Of a DNA stretch of 64,000 nucleotides, positions 54,627 to 63,837 are shown piece by piece; position 1 is the stretch's first letter; every line of letters starts with the position of its first letter. The notes under the pieces were generated by a model. It searched no databases and was not told where the DNA came from. It was given only the letters and a program-made list of their open reading frames with translations. The stretch comes from Actinomycetota bacterium. GTDB taxonomy: Bacteria > Actinomycetota > Acidimicrobiia > Acidimicrobiales > CAIXPF01. The stretch covers positions 4,175 through 68,174 of the forward strand of contig VGBO01000006.1 of the NCBI GenBank assembly GCA_016870475.1, in the 5' to 3' direction. A program made the position numbers and the translations under genes.

Positions 54627-55532
54627 TCAGTGCAGGCCGAGCGCCGAGGCGAACCGTTCGACGTCGTCGAACGTGGTCGTGAACGGTGCCCGGATCGCGA
54701 GGTTGATCTGGTCGGCGCCGGCGTCGACGTACTGCTGGATCCGTTCGAGGACCTCGCCCTCGCTGCCGCGCAGCACACCGGGCCGAACCTGGTCGGCCAT
54801 GGCGCCGAACTGGGCGCGCAGCCCCTCCTCGCTCCAGGCGAGGCCGACGTTGACGGTGGTGCGGATCGATGCGGGGTCGCGGCCGACGTCGGCACAGTGT
54901 TCGTGGAGCACGGCGCGCTTGCGGGCGAAGGTCTCCGGCGCCACGAAGGGGATGTTCCAGGCGTCTGCGTAGCGGGCGGCGATGCGCAGGGTCCGCTTCT
55001 CACCGCCGCCACCGACCCAGATCGGGAGCTCCGACTGCACCGGCTTCGGTTCGAGCTTCGCGTCGTTGAGGGTGAAAAAGCGCCCCTCGAAGTCCGACAC
55101 GCCTTCGCGCAACAGCAGTCGCAGCACCTGGATGGACTCCTCGAGCAGGTCCATGCGCTCGCCGACCGATCCGAACGGGATCCCGTACGCGTCGTACTCG
55201 ACCTGTGCCCAGCCGGCCCCGATGCCCACGTCGGTGCGCCCGCCGGAGAGTTGGTCGATCGTCGAGATCGCCTTGGCGAGCACCGCCGGGTGGCGGTAGC
55301 CGGCGCAGTAGACGAGGGACCCGCAGCGGACGCGCTGCGTGTCGCACGCGAGCGCCGCGTGGGTGGCGACGGCCTCGTGGCAGTGCGGGTCGTTCGGGTC
55401 GAACGTCGCCGCGTAGAAGTGGTCCCAGATCGAGATCCACCCGAAGCCGAGATCCTCGACGTGGCGCCAGAGCGAGCGGAGCTCCGCCATGTCCACGTTC
55501 TGCAGTCCGGCGTGCACACCGAAGGTCGTCAT
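54627..55532 (-). CDS. LLM class (luciferase-like) oxidoreductase
   Basis: Part of ORF 54627..55610, ATG 55532: GFGWISIWDHF...GSLVYCAGYRHPAVLAKAISTIDQLSGGRTDVGIGAGW...PIWVGGGGEKRTLRIAARYAD. Confidence 0.9.
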   Translation of the reverse strand: MTTFGVHAGLQNVDMAELRSLWRHVEDLGFGWISIWDHFYAATFDPNDPHCHEAVATHAALACDTQRVRCGSLVYCAGYRHPAVLAKAISTIDQLSGGRTDVGIGAGWAQVEYDAYGIPFGSVGERMDLLEESIQVLRLLLREGVSDFEGRFFTLNDAKLEPKPVQSELPIWVGGGGEKRTLRIAARYADAWNIPFVAPETFARKRAVLHEHCADVGRDPASIRTTVNVGLAWSEEGLRAQFGAMADQVRPGVLRGSEGEVLERIQQYVDAGADQINLAIRAPFTTTFDDVERFASALGLH

Positions 55533-55588
55533 GGGGCGACTGTAGGTCGCCCCGACCGGACGCCGCGTACGTGGGTTAGCGTGCGCGC

Positions 55589-56797
55589 ATGGCCCTCCTG
55601 CCCGCTGCACCGATGTCGATCCCTGCCGCGTACGAGACCGAGGACCGGCTCGCGATCATGCACCTCGCCCGGGAGTTCGCCACGAAGGAGGTGCTGCCTG
55701 TCGCGAACGAGCTCGACCCGGTGCAGGGCGAGATCCCCGACACGTTGCGCAAGCAGATGGCGGAGATGGGCTTCTTCGGGATCATCATCCCCGAGGAGTA
55801 CGGCGGTCTCGGTCTCGGCCTGTTCGAGTACTGCCTCGTCACCGAGGAACTCGCCCGGGCGTGGATGAGCGTCGCGTCGATCATCGCCCGCGGCAACGGT
55901 CTCGGCGGTGGGTTCAGCCCTGAGCAGCAGGCGGCGATCATGCCGCGCATGGCGCGCGGTGAGTGCCTCGGCGCGTACGCACTCTCCGAGCCCGACGTCG
56001 GTTCCGATGCCGCGGGAGTGCGCACCCGGGCGATCCTCGACGGCGACCACTACGTGATCAACGGGCAGAAGATGTGGTGCACCTTCGCGGATGGAGCGGA
56101 CTTCATCGTGTTGGTCGCGCGGACCTCGCCCTACGACCCGCAGCGCCGCCACGAGGGGATCCGGCAGTTCTTCATCCCGAAGGAACGGGGGAGCTTCCCC
56201 GAGGGGATCACGGGGACGCCGATCCGCAAGATCGGCTATTTCGGCTGGAAGACGTGGGAACTCTCCTTCGACGACTTCCGGCTCCCGGCCGAGCACCTGT
56301 TGGGTTCGCGCTTCGACGGGGACGAGAGCAGCGGGTTCAAGCAGGCGGCGTCGTGGCTCTCGGTCGCCCGCCTCCACACGGCGGCCCGGTCGATCGGACT
56401 CGCCCGTGGCGCGCTCGAGGACTCGATCGCCTATGTGCAGCAGCGCCGGCAGTTCGAACAGCCCATCGGCGACTTCCAGGCGATCCGGTTCAAGGTCGCC
56501 GACATGGTCACCGAGGTGGAGATGGCCCGCGCGATGCTCTACCAGATCGCCGCCGACGCGGACGCCGGGCGAGAGGTCGACGCGCAGGCGTCGATGCTGA
56601 AGCTGTGGGCCTCGGAGATGTCCGAGCGCGTCACGTCGCAGGGTCTGCAGATCCACGGTGGTGCGGGGTACACGACCGACTTCGCGCTCGAGCGCTACTG
56701 GCGTGACGCCCGTCTGACGAAGATCTTCGAGGGGACCTCGGAGATCCAGCAGCGGATCATCTCGGACCGGTACCTGCCCCGCCCTGCGCGTCGCTGA
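55589..56797 (+). CDS. acyl-CoA dehydrogenase
   Basis: ORF 55589..56797: GAYALSEPDVGSDAAGVRTRAILDGDHYVINGQKMWCT...QIHGGAGYTTDFALERYWRDARLTKIFEGTSEIQ. Confidence 0.9.
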   Translation: MALLPAAPMSIPAAYETEDRLAIMHLAREFATKEVLPVANELDPVQGEIPDTLRKQMAEMGFFGIIIPEEYGGLGLGLFEYCLVTEELARAWMSVASIIARGNGLGGGFSPEQQAAIMPRMARGECLGAYALSEPDVGSDAAGVRTRAILDGDHYVINGQKMWCTFADGADFIVLVARTSPYDPQRRHEGIRQFFIPKERGSFPEGITGTPIRKIGYFGWKTWELSFDDFRLPAEHLLGSRFDGDESSGFKQAASWLSVARLHTAARSIGLARGALEDSIAYVQQRRQFEQPIGDFQAIRFKVADMVTEVEMARAMLYQIAADADAGREVDAQASMLKLWASEMSERVTSQGLQIHGGAGYTTDFALERYWRDARLTKIFEGTSEIQQRIISDRYLPRPARR

Positions 56798-57239
56798 TCG
56801 GGCGTCGGGTGCGGCCGCCCTCGTAGTCGAGCGGGGTCCACGACACGACGAGCTCCTCGTAGCGGGCCGCGAGCGCCGCCCATGCGTCGACGCCGATGTG
56901 GCGGCGCACGAGGAACGCGAACGCGGTGGCGAACCGGTTCCCGTGCCCGTCAGCGACCTCGAGCACGTGTGCGAGCTCGTGCAGCACGCTCACGGCGTCG
57001 AGGTGGTCGCGGCGCAGGACGACGAGTCCGTCGTCGGTCGCGTAGGAGCACGACAGGTTCGCCGGGCCGAGACGCACCTCGGGGACCTCCGCGTGCGGCC
57101 AGCGCTCACCGACCGCCTCGTCGGCGACGACCTCCTGCAGGAAGGTCCGGACCTCCGCCACGTCGGCGAACCGCCGGGCGAGGGGTGCGAGCGCCTCCTC
57201 CGCCGCGTAGACGCGGGCCTGCTGCGGGTCCGGGGTCAT
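56757..57239 (-). CDS. putative HExxH metallohydrolase (resembles the actinobacterial family named TIGR04338 family metallohydrolase)
   Basis: 3' part of ORF 56757..57656. ATG 57239 overlaps the upstream stop as ATGA: QQARVYAAEEAL...VRTFLQEVV...DHLDAVSVLHELAHVLEVADGHGNRFATAF. Confidence 0.65.
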   Translation of the reverse strand: MTPDPQQARVYAAEEALAPLARRFADVAEVRTFLQEVVADEAVGERWPHAEVPEVRLGPANLSCSYATDDGLVVLRRDHLDAVSVLHELAHVLEVADGHGNRFATAFAFLVRRHIGVDAWAALAARYEELVVSWTPLDYEGGRTRRPISDAQGGAGTGPR

Positions 57240-58033
57240 GCGCCCGGGCCGAGGGCTCGGTGCCGTGCGACCTCGTGGCGGGCCAGCGGCGCCGCGCTGC
57301 CCGCGGCGCGCCCGGCATCGGCGGCGCCCGAGGAGAACCGCGTGGTCCGGCTCGTCGAGCGGGTCGTGCGCGGATGGCGCCGTCGGAACGCCGTGTCGAC
57401 CGCTTCGGCCCGGGACCGAAGCGCGACCGCGACCGACGTCGTGGCGCCCTGTGCTGCGCTCGCCGCCTCTTCGTGGTCCACCCGGGCACGAGCGGCGGCG
57501 TCGGCGAGGCGACGGCGAACCTCGTCGAGGTAACCGAGCACGAACGAGCGGGCCCACGCGGCCGAGTCTCCTGCCGAGAGCCCGGCCGGTCGTCGGGCAC
57601 GCAGGTTCGTGTCGAGGTCGGCGAGCAGTCGGGGTGCGAGCAGGTCGGCGACCCACATCGCGTCGGACCGGTACCCGACGATCTCCATGCGTTCGAGGCC
57701 GCCCGGGCCGCGCCCGAGACGGATCGCCTCGCAGGTGTTCGCCTCGGCGACGACGGCGACGAGGGCGGTGCGCAGCACCGTGTGCGGCCGGCCGACGAGC
57801 AGGGGGCGCGCCTCGATCGCCTCGGCACCGCGTCGGCCGGCGGCGGCGAGGACCGCCTGGTCGATCCCGTGGCGCGTCATCAGCTCCTGGGCCTTCGCCT
57901 CGAACGCCTCGGCCTCCGCCGCGAACCCGGTCGCCTCGGCCTTGGCGAGCAGGGCGCGGATGCGCGCGAACAGGCGGTCGGTGTCGTCGGGTCCGTCGGC
58001 CGGGACGAGGACCTCGCCCGCCTCGCCGCTCAC
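57236..58033 (-). CDS. DUF2786 domain-containing protein
   Basis: 3' part of the 752-aa ORF 57236..59494. GTG 58033 overlaps the upstream stop as GTGA: LFARIRALLAKAEATGFAAEAEAFEAKAQELMTRHGID is the DUF2786 signature. Confidence 0.7.
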   Translation of the reverse strand: MSGEAGEVLVPADGPDDTDRLFARIRALLAKAEATGFAAEAEAFEAKAQELMTRHGIDQAVLAAAGRRGAEAIEARPLLVGRPHTVLRTALVAVVAEANTCEAIRLGRGPGGLERMEIVGYRSDAMWVADLLAPRLLADLDTNLRARRPAGLSAGDSAAWARSFVLGYLDEVRRRLADAAARARVDHEEAASAAQGATTSVAVALRSRAEAVDTAFRRRHPRTTRSTSRTTRFSSGAADAGRAAGSAAPLARHEVARHRALGPGA

Positions 58034-58563
58034 AGGCGTTCGTACCGCCAGTCGGTCGGCCGACCGTCCGTGTACGGCATGACCCCCCAGAACGGTCGGG
58101 GGTCGTCGTCGAAGACGAGGGGGACGAAGTGGCGGTCGCCCTCCCACATGGGGAGCTCCGCCGCGGCGGAGTCGTCGCCCTCGCAGGCAGCGAGGAGTCG
58201 TCGGCGCGGCGCCCAGAAGAGCGTTCCCTCCGCGTTGTGGGCGGGCGGGGTCCCGGTCCATGCCTCGGCGACGAAGACGAAGCCGAGCCAGTCGGCGCCG
58301 TCGGGCCCGAACCCGGGCCAGCTGATCGTGCCGCGGAGCCGCAGTTCGTCGAGGGTGAGACCGGCCTCCTCGTCGACCTCGCGGCGCAGGCAGGCGACGA
58401 CGTCCTCGCCCGACTCGAGCCTGCCGCCGAGGCCGTTCACCTTGCCGAGGTGGTCGTCGTCGGGACGGGCGTCGCGGCGCACGAGCAGCACGAGGTCGTC
58501 CACGCGGTCCCAGAGGTACACGAGGGTCCCGACGATGGGGCGGAAGGGCGGCGCCGTGGCCAT
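58030..58563 (-). CDS. NUDIX hydrolase
   Basis: ORF 58030..58563. Nudix box: GGRLESGEDVVACLRREVDEEAGL. Confidence 0.85.
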   Translation of the reverse strand: MATAPPFRPIVGTLVYLWDRVDDLVLLVRRDARPDDDHLGKVNGLGGRLESGEDVVACLRREVDEEAGLTLDELRLRGTISWPGFGPDGADWLGFVFVAEAWTGTPPAHNAEGTLFWAPRRRLLAACEGDDSAAAELPMWEGDRHFVPLVFDDDPRPFWGVMPYTDGRPTDWRYERL

Positions 58564-58600
58564 GTGACATGACTAGTCGGCGCGCACGATCCTGTGGGCC

Positions 58601-59458
58601 ATGGGATGGGCGGACGACGCAGCACCGGTCGAGGTGTCCGTCGCCTGCGGCCCGTCGATCCACCGCCTCCGCTGGTCGGGTGGCCGTGTCGAGACCTGCG
58701 ATCACGACCTCGACGCCGAGGAGGCGCTCGTCGCCTTCGGCGGCGACGTCCTGCCGTGCGTCCGGCTCCACCGACTGTGGCGTGACGCGGTCGCCGACGG
58801 GGGGTTCCTCGAGGAGTGGGCCCGGCGCCCCGAGCCGGACCCGGTGCGACGCGACTGGCTGGCGGGCGCGTTGCGGCGGCTGCGCGCCGAGGGCGTCCAG
58901 GACCTGCTCCCCGCCTTGCCGCCGGGGCGCGCCGAGCGCATGGGGGAGGTGCTCGTCGATCTTCCCGCCCCGCTCCTCGACCGCGCGGCGGTCGCGGCGG
59001 CGGCCCGGGTCCTCGAGCGTCGGGTCGCCGTCGGTCCGCCGCCGCCGGGGCTCGACGCCGTCGTCGACGCCGTGCGGGTCCGCCTCCGCTCCGCATTCGT
59101 GGCGAGCCTTCGCCGTTGGGCCGAGGTGGTGCGACCTGCGGCGCTGGTGCCGCTGCGCTGCGGTGTCCGTCCAACCGCCGGGGGTCCGCCCGTCGTCCGC
59201 GGTCGTCTCGACGGTCGGACGAGCGGCGCGCACCTCGTCGTCGACGTGTCGTGGCTCGTGGACGTGTGGGGCCGAGGCATCGCGGTGGTCGACGGGGATC
59301 TCGTGGTGGCGGCGGACGACCGGCACGCGTCGGTGCTGCGGTGGCGGCGTCACCCCGCGGGCGGTCTCATCGCCGAGGTCGAGGAGGTCGAGCGCGTCGG
59401 AACGCGCCGCGCACACCCGTACGATGTCGCGGACCACGTCGATCGGACCGGAACGTGA
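58601..59458 (+). CDS. conserved hypothetical protein
   Basis: ORF 58601..59458. Third codon positions are strongly G/C and the composition is balanced (CGPSIHRLRWSGGRVETCDHDLDAEEALVAFGGDVLPC...). Its stop overlaps the next gene's GTG as GTGA. Confidence 0.6.
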   Translation: MGWADDAAPVEVSVACGPSIHRLRWSGGRVETCDHDLDAEEALVAFGGDVLPCVRLHRLWRDAVADGGFLEEWARRPEPDPVRRDWLAGALRRLRAEGVQDLLPALPPGRAERMGEVLVDLPAPLLDRAAVAAAARVLERRVAVGPPPPGLDAVVDAVRVRLRSAFVASLRRWAEVVRPAALVPLRCGVRPTAGGPPVVRGRLDGRTSGAHLVVDVSWLVDVWGRGIAVVDGDLVVAADDRHASVLRWRRHPAGGLIAEVEEVERVGTRRAHPYDVADHVDRTGT

Positions 59459-59991
59459 ACGACCGAACGCAGACACGCACCGGGTGGCTCGCACCCGATG
59501 AGATCGAGACCGTCCGCGGGCAGGTCCCCCTCATCTACGTCGACGCGGTGCCGGTGCGGGTCGACGCGCTCGGCCAGCTCACCCACGTCGGGCTGTTGCT
59601 GCGGGCGATGGCCGACGGGACGATCAGCCGTGCGGTCGTGTCGGGCCGGGTGCTGCAAGGGGAACGCATCCGCGACGCGCTGCTCCGCAACCTCGAGAAG
59701 GACCTCGGCCCGGTCGCGCTGCCGCGGCTCCCCGTCGAGGTGTCGCCGTTCACGGTGGTGGAGTACTTCCCCGACGAGGGCATCACCGGGTTCCACGACC
59801 CGCGCCAGCACGCCGTGAGCCTCGCGTTCGTCGTGCCGGTCGACGGCGACTGCCGGCCGGCGCAAGACTCCCTCGAGCTCACCTGGCTCACTCCGGTCGA
59901 GGCGACCCGCGGGGACATCCGCCGGGAGATGTCGAGCGGACACGACCGGCTCATCCGGATGGCGCTGGCGCACGCCGGCGTGCTCCCCTGA
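59455..59991 (+). CDS. DUF4916-like, Nudix-fold protein
   Basis: 3' part of ORF 58816..59991, GTG 59455: PLIYVDAVPVRVDALGQLTHVGLLLRAMADGTISRAVVSGRVLQGERIRDALLRNLEKDLGP...DPRQHAVSLAFVVP. Confidence 0.65.
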   Translation: MNDRTQTRTGWLAPDEIETVRGQVPLIYVDAVPVRVDALGQLTHVGLLLRAMADGTISRAVVSGRVLQGERIRDALLRNLEKDLGPVALPRLPVEVSPFTVVEYFPDEGITGFHDPRQHAVSLAFVVPVDGDCRPAQDSLELTWLTPVEATRGDIRREMSSGHDRLIRMALAHAGVLP

Positions 59992-60052
59992 CGGACCTTC
60001 GGCGGGACCTCCGACCCTGCTCAGTCGACTCCTCGGCCGACATCGTGGCCGC

Positions 60053-60250
60053 ATGACGATCACCGACGAACGACGGCTCGAGCAGACGCGCTGGGCGTGG
60101 ATCAACGAGTACGGGCCCGTACAGGCGGGGTCGATGCTCGAGCGTGTCGCCGAGCTCCGCACGGGCGGGATGCCGCTCGTCGAGGCGATCGCCCGCACCG
60201 ACCCGGAGACCGAGGCCGACTTCGACGGGTTCTGCGCCAGTCGCTGGTGA
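60053..60250 (+). CDS. small hypothetical protein (65 aa)
   Basis: ORF 60053..60250. It occupies an otherwise unassigned gap and has plausible composition (MTITDERRLEQTRWAWINEYGPVQ...). No motif. Confidence 0.4.
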   Translation: MTITDERRLEQTRWAWINEYGPVQAGSMLERVAELRTGGMPLVEAIARTDPETEADFDGFCASRW

Positions 60251-60270
60251 CCTGACCGCCGTCCCGTGCG

Positions 60271-61410
60271 ATGCTCGGGGTGATGCTCCGATCGCTCCGG
60301 GTCGACCGCACCGCCGCCGAGGCCGCGTTCCGCAGCCGGGCGCGCACCTTCGTCGAGGAGCAGGTGGTGCCGAACCTCGACGCCTGGACGGCGCGTGGCG
60401 GGTTCACGAGGTCGATGTTCCTCGACGCGGCCGCGGCCGGCCTGCTCTGCCTCGACGGCCCCGAGTCCTTCGGCGGCGGCGGTGGGGGAGTGGGCTTCCG
60501 GCGGAACGCCGTGCTCTGCGACGAGCTGCACCGGGCGGGTGACGCCGGCGCCGCGTGGGCGCTCGTGACCCATGCGGAGATCTGCGCGCCGTACCTCTGG
60601 TCGCTCGGCACCGCCGAGCAGCAGGACCGCTGGCTGGCGGATGTGTGCACCGGGAGGTCGGTGCTCGCGATCGCGATGAGCGAGCCGGGGACCGGGTCGG
60701 ATCTCGCGTCGATCACGACGACGGCCGAACGTCGCGGCGACCGGTACGTGGTGCGGGGGACGAAGACCTTCATCTCGAACGGGGTGTCCGCCGACCTCGT
60801 GATCGTGGCCGTGCGGACCGACCCGACCGAACGACACCGCGGGGTGAGCCTGCTCGTCGTCGAGCGGGACACCCCCGGCTTCGGCGTCGGCCGTGCCCTG
60901 CACAAGGTCGGCCTACGCACCCAGGACACGGCGGAGCTGTTCTTCGACGGGGCGGAGGTCCCCGCGGCGAACCTCCTCGGGGCGGAGGGCGAGGGGTTCT
61001 ACCTGCTCATGCGGAACCTCCCCCGTGAACGTCTCGTCATGGCCGTCGCCGGCCTGTCGCTCGCGCAGGCGTGCCTCGACCGCACGCTCGAGCGGATCCC
61101 CCGTCCGGTCGGACAGCACGCCCGGTTCCGTCTCGTCGAGGCCGCCACCGCCCTGCAGGTCGGCTGGACCTACCTCGAGCGGTGCGTCGCCGCGGTCGAC
61201 GCCGGCACGTTCGACGGCGCCGACGCCGCGGCGGCGAAGTGGTGGGCGACCGATATCGGCTGCCAGGTGACCGAGACGTGCTTCCAGCTCCTCGGCGACC
61301 CCGCCGCCACCGACGTCGCCCGGTTCGTGGACGACGCGCGGGTGCAGCCGATCTACGGCGGGACCAACGAGATCATGAAGGAGATCGTCGGCCGGTCGCT
61401 CGGGGTCTGA
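60271..61410 (+). CDS. acyl-CoA dehydrogenase
   Basis: ORF 60271..61410: AIAMSEPGTGSDLASITTTAERRGDRYVVRGTKTFISNG...IYGGTNEIMKEIVGRSL. Confidence 0.9.
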   Translation: MLGVMLRSLRVDRTAAEAAFRSRARTFVEEQVVPNLDAWTARGGFTRSMFLDAAAAGLLCLDGPESFGGGGGGVGFRRNAVLCDELHRAGDAGAAWALVTHAEICAPYLWSLGTAEQQDRWLADVCTGRSVLAIAMSEPGTGSDLASITTTAERRGDRYVVRGTKTFISNGVSADLVIVAVRTDPTERHRGVSLLVVERDTPGFGVGRALHKVGLRTQDTAELFFDGAEVPAANLLGAEGEGFYLLMRNLPRERLVMAVAGLSLAQACLDRTLERIPRPVGQHARFRLVEAATALQVGWTYLERCVAAVDAGTFDGADAAAAKWWATDIGCQVTETCFQLLGDPAATDVARFVDDARVQPIYGGTNEIMKEIVGRSLGV

Positions 61411-61436
61411 GCGTCGGCACGGGGTAGCGTCCGCCC

Positions 61437-62249
61437 GTGCTGCGGGTGATGACGTGGAACCTGTGGTGGCGGTTCGGACCGTGGGAGCGCCGCCAGGCGG
61501 CGATCGCCGAGGTCCTCCGTGCCGAGGGGGCCGACGTGATCGGTCTGCAGGAGGTGTTCGTCGAGCGGGACGGCGTCGACCAGGCGGCGGTCCTCGCCGG
61601 GGCACTCGGCTTCCACGTCGCGACGGCGCCCGTGCGGTTCCACGACACGGCGGAGGGGGCCGGGCTCGCGTTCACGAACGCCGTGCTGAGTCGCTGGCCG
61701 ATCGCGGCGGCGACGTCCCTCCCGTTGCCCCGCGCCGATGGCACGACCTCCCACCGGAACGCTCTCGCCGTCCGGATCGACAGCCCGTTCGGCGCGCTGT
61801 GCGTGGTCTCGACGCACCTCGACTGGCAGTTCGACCGCACCGCCGACCGGGTCGCGCAGGTCCGGGCGGTCGCCGGACTCGTCGCCGCCGAGCGGCCCGA
61901 TCCCGCATCGGGGTTCCCGGCCGTGCTGCTCGGCGACCTGAACGCCGTGCCCCACAGCGACGAGGTTCGGCTCCTCACCGGGGCGACCGGGCCGGCGCAC
62001 CCGGGACTCGTGTTCACCGACGTGTGGGACGCGGTCGGATCGGGCCGGGGCGACACGTGGGACGGCGCGAACCCCTACCTCGCCGAGGCGACGTGGCCGA
62101 ACCGTCGCATCGACTACGTGCTCGTGTCGTGGCCGCGACCGAAACCGGTCGGGTCCCCCGTCGCTGCCCGACTCGCCGGGGTCGAAGCGGTCGACGGCGT
62201 CGTCGCGTCCGACCACTGGGCGGTCGTCGCCGACCTGCGGACCGGCTGA
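61437..62249 (+). CDS. endonuclease/exonuclease/phosphatase (EEP) family protein
   Basis: ORF 61437..62249: VMTWNLWW...ADVIGLQEV...VLLGDLNAVP...RIDYVLVS...ASDHWAVVADL. Confidence 0.85.
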   Translation: MLRVMTWNLWWRFGPWERRQAAIAEVLRAEGADVIGLQEVFVERDGVDQAAVLAGALGFHVATAPVRFHDTAEGAGLAFTNAVLSRWPIAAATSLPLPRADGTTSHRNALAVRIDSPFGALCVVSTHLDWQFDRTADRVAQVRAVAGLVAAERPDPASGFPAVLLGDLNAVPHSDEVRLLTGATGPAHPGLVFTDVWDAVGSGRGDTWDGANPYLAEATWPNRRIDYVLVSWPRPKPVGSPVAARLAGVEAVDGVVASDHWAVVADLRTG

Positions 62250-62310
62250 CGGGCGGGCATGCTGTGCGGGCGGTGCGCCGGGCGGCGGCCGTCAGGGAGG
62301 AACGGACGAC

Positions 62311-63108
62311 ATGGGTGGTCTCGACGGGCGGGTGGCGATCGTGACCGGTGGCGGGCGGGGCATCGGGCGGGGCATCTCGCTCGGGCTCGCAGCCGACGGC
62401 GCGGACGTGGTCGTGAACTACCGGCGGGACCGCGATGCCGCCGAGCGGACCGTCGCCGACATCCGGGCGCTCGGCCGGGAGGCCCTCGCCGTCGGTGCGT
62501 CGGTCGACTCCCTCGAGGACTGCCGCCGGCTCGTCGCCGAGACCGTCGACCACTTCGGGCACGTCGACATCCTCGTCTCCAACGGTGCGATCGCGAGCCG
62601 CGGGCAGTCGGTGGCTGACAGCGATCCCGAGGAGTTCGAGCGGGTCGTGCGCACGCACGCGTTCGGGGCCTGGTACCTCTGCCACGAAGTCGTGCCGCAC
62701 CTGCGCACGCGACCCCGCGGCGACATCGTCGTCATCTCCTCGGTCGCCACGCTGTCGATGGGGGCGAACGGGGCCCCGTACAACATGGGCAAGGCGGCGC
62801 TCGAGGCGCTGGCGTACACGCTCGCGAAGGAGGAGCGGGATCACGGGATCCACGTGAACGTGGTCGCCCCCGGACTCGTCGACACCGACATGGGCCAGCG
62901 TCTGGCGAAGGCGGTCACCGGAGTCGCCGACATCCACGACCTCGACGCCGGCATGCCGTTCGGTCGGGTGTGCCGCCCCGAGGACGTCGCCGACGTCGTG
63001 CGGTTCTTCTGCTCGCCGGCGGCGTCCTACCTGACCGGCGAGAAGATCAACGTGCACGGCGGCGGTCAGGAGTGGCGCGCCGTGGCAAAGGGCGACACCG
63101 GTCAGTAG
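62311..63108 (+). CDS. SDR family oxidoreductase (FabG-like)
   Basis: ORF 62311..63108: RVAIVTGGGRGIGRGI...SNGA...YNMGKAALE...APGLVDTDM. Confidence 0.9.
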   Translation: MGGLDGRVAIVTGGGRGIGRGISLGLAADGADVVVNYRRDRDAAERTVADIRALGREALAVGASVDSLEDCRRLVAETVDHFGHVDILVSNGAIASRGQSVADSDPEEFERVVRTHAFGAWYLCHEVVPHLRTRPRGDIVVISSVATLSMGANGAPYNMGKAALEALAYTLAKEERDHGIHVNVVAPGLVDTDMGQRLAKAVTGVADIHDLDAGMPFGRVCRPEDVADVVRFFCSPAASYLTGEKINVHGGGQEWRAVAKGDTGQ

Positions 63109-63158
63109 GTTTCGCGTATCCGCGTCGTGCTAATTCGACGGCGGGAGGAGGACCGGAC

Positions 63159-63806
63159 ATGACCACCAACGACGTCGCCGAACCGGAACAGCTCGTCTCC
63201 GACGTGGTGCTCGCCGTGACGGACCGCGCCGTGGAGAAGGTCCTCGAGATCCGCTCCGCCGAGGAGGCGCCCGAGACCCTCGGTCTGCGGGTGGAGGTCA
63301 CCGGCCACGTCGGTGTCGAGTACCAGTACGACCTGAGCTTCGAGGCCCTCCACGCCGTACCGGCGGGTGACTCCGTCGTCGACCAGGGCGGCCTCCCGGT
63401 GATCGTGCCGGCGGGCAGCATCCTCGCCCTCTCCGGCGCGACCCTCGACCTCCCGACGAGTCAGGGTCAGAGCGGCCTCGTGATCCGTAACCCGAACCGG
63501 CCGAACCCGCTCGCCGGTCTCGACCTCGCACTCGACGGCACCCTCGCCGAGAACGTCAGCACGCTGCTCGAGAAGTCGGTCAACCCGTCGCTGGCGAGCC
63601 ACGGCGGGTTCGCCACCCTCGTCGGCGTCGACGAGGAGTCGGGCAACGTATACGTGACGATGGGCGGCGGTTGCCAGGGCTGCTCGATGAGTCGGGCCAC
63701 CCTCACCAACGGGATCCAGGCGGCGATCAAGGAAGCGCTGCCGCAGGTGAACGAGGTCATCGACGCCACCGACCACACGGCCGGCGAGAACCCCTTCTAC
63801 CGCTGA
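63159..63806 (+). CDS. NfuA-like Fe-S cluster carrier (degenerate A-type domain plus Nfu domain with CxxC)
   Basis: 3' part of ORF 62970..63806. GGGAGGAGGA precedes ATG 63159: ...LGLRVEVTG...YDLSFE..., then VNPSLASHGGFATLVGVDEESGNVYVTMGGGCQGCSMS. Confidence 0.85.
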   Translation: MTTNDVAEPEQLVSDVVLAVTDRAVEKVLEIRSAEEAPETLGLRVEVTGHVGVEYQYDLSFEALHAVPAGDSVVDQGGLPVIVPAGSILALSGATLDLPTSQGQSGLVIRNPNRPNPLAGLDLALDGTLAENVSTLLEKSVNPSLASHGGFATLVGVDEESGNVYVTMGGGCQGCSMSRATLTNGIQAAIKEALPQVNEVIDATDHTAGENPFYR

Positions 63807-63837
63807 GGCCGCGCGGCGGGGCGGGTACGCTCCGGCG

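Noticed and set aside
58569-59501. Alternative plus-strand frames (58569..59501, and the 5' part of 58816..59991) competing with the hypothetical gene 58601..59458.
   Set aside because: Both are Arg/Ser/Pro-rich. The 58601 frame has balanced composition, G/C-rich third positions and a GTGA junction with the downstream DUF4916 gene.
60053-60250. 65-aa ORF considered as a toxin-antitoxin or regulatory peptide component.
   Set aside because: It has no partner gene, no recognisable TA or HTH motif, and only weak support that it is expressed. It is kept as a low-confidence hypothetical CDS.
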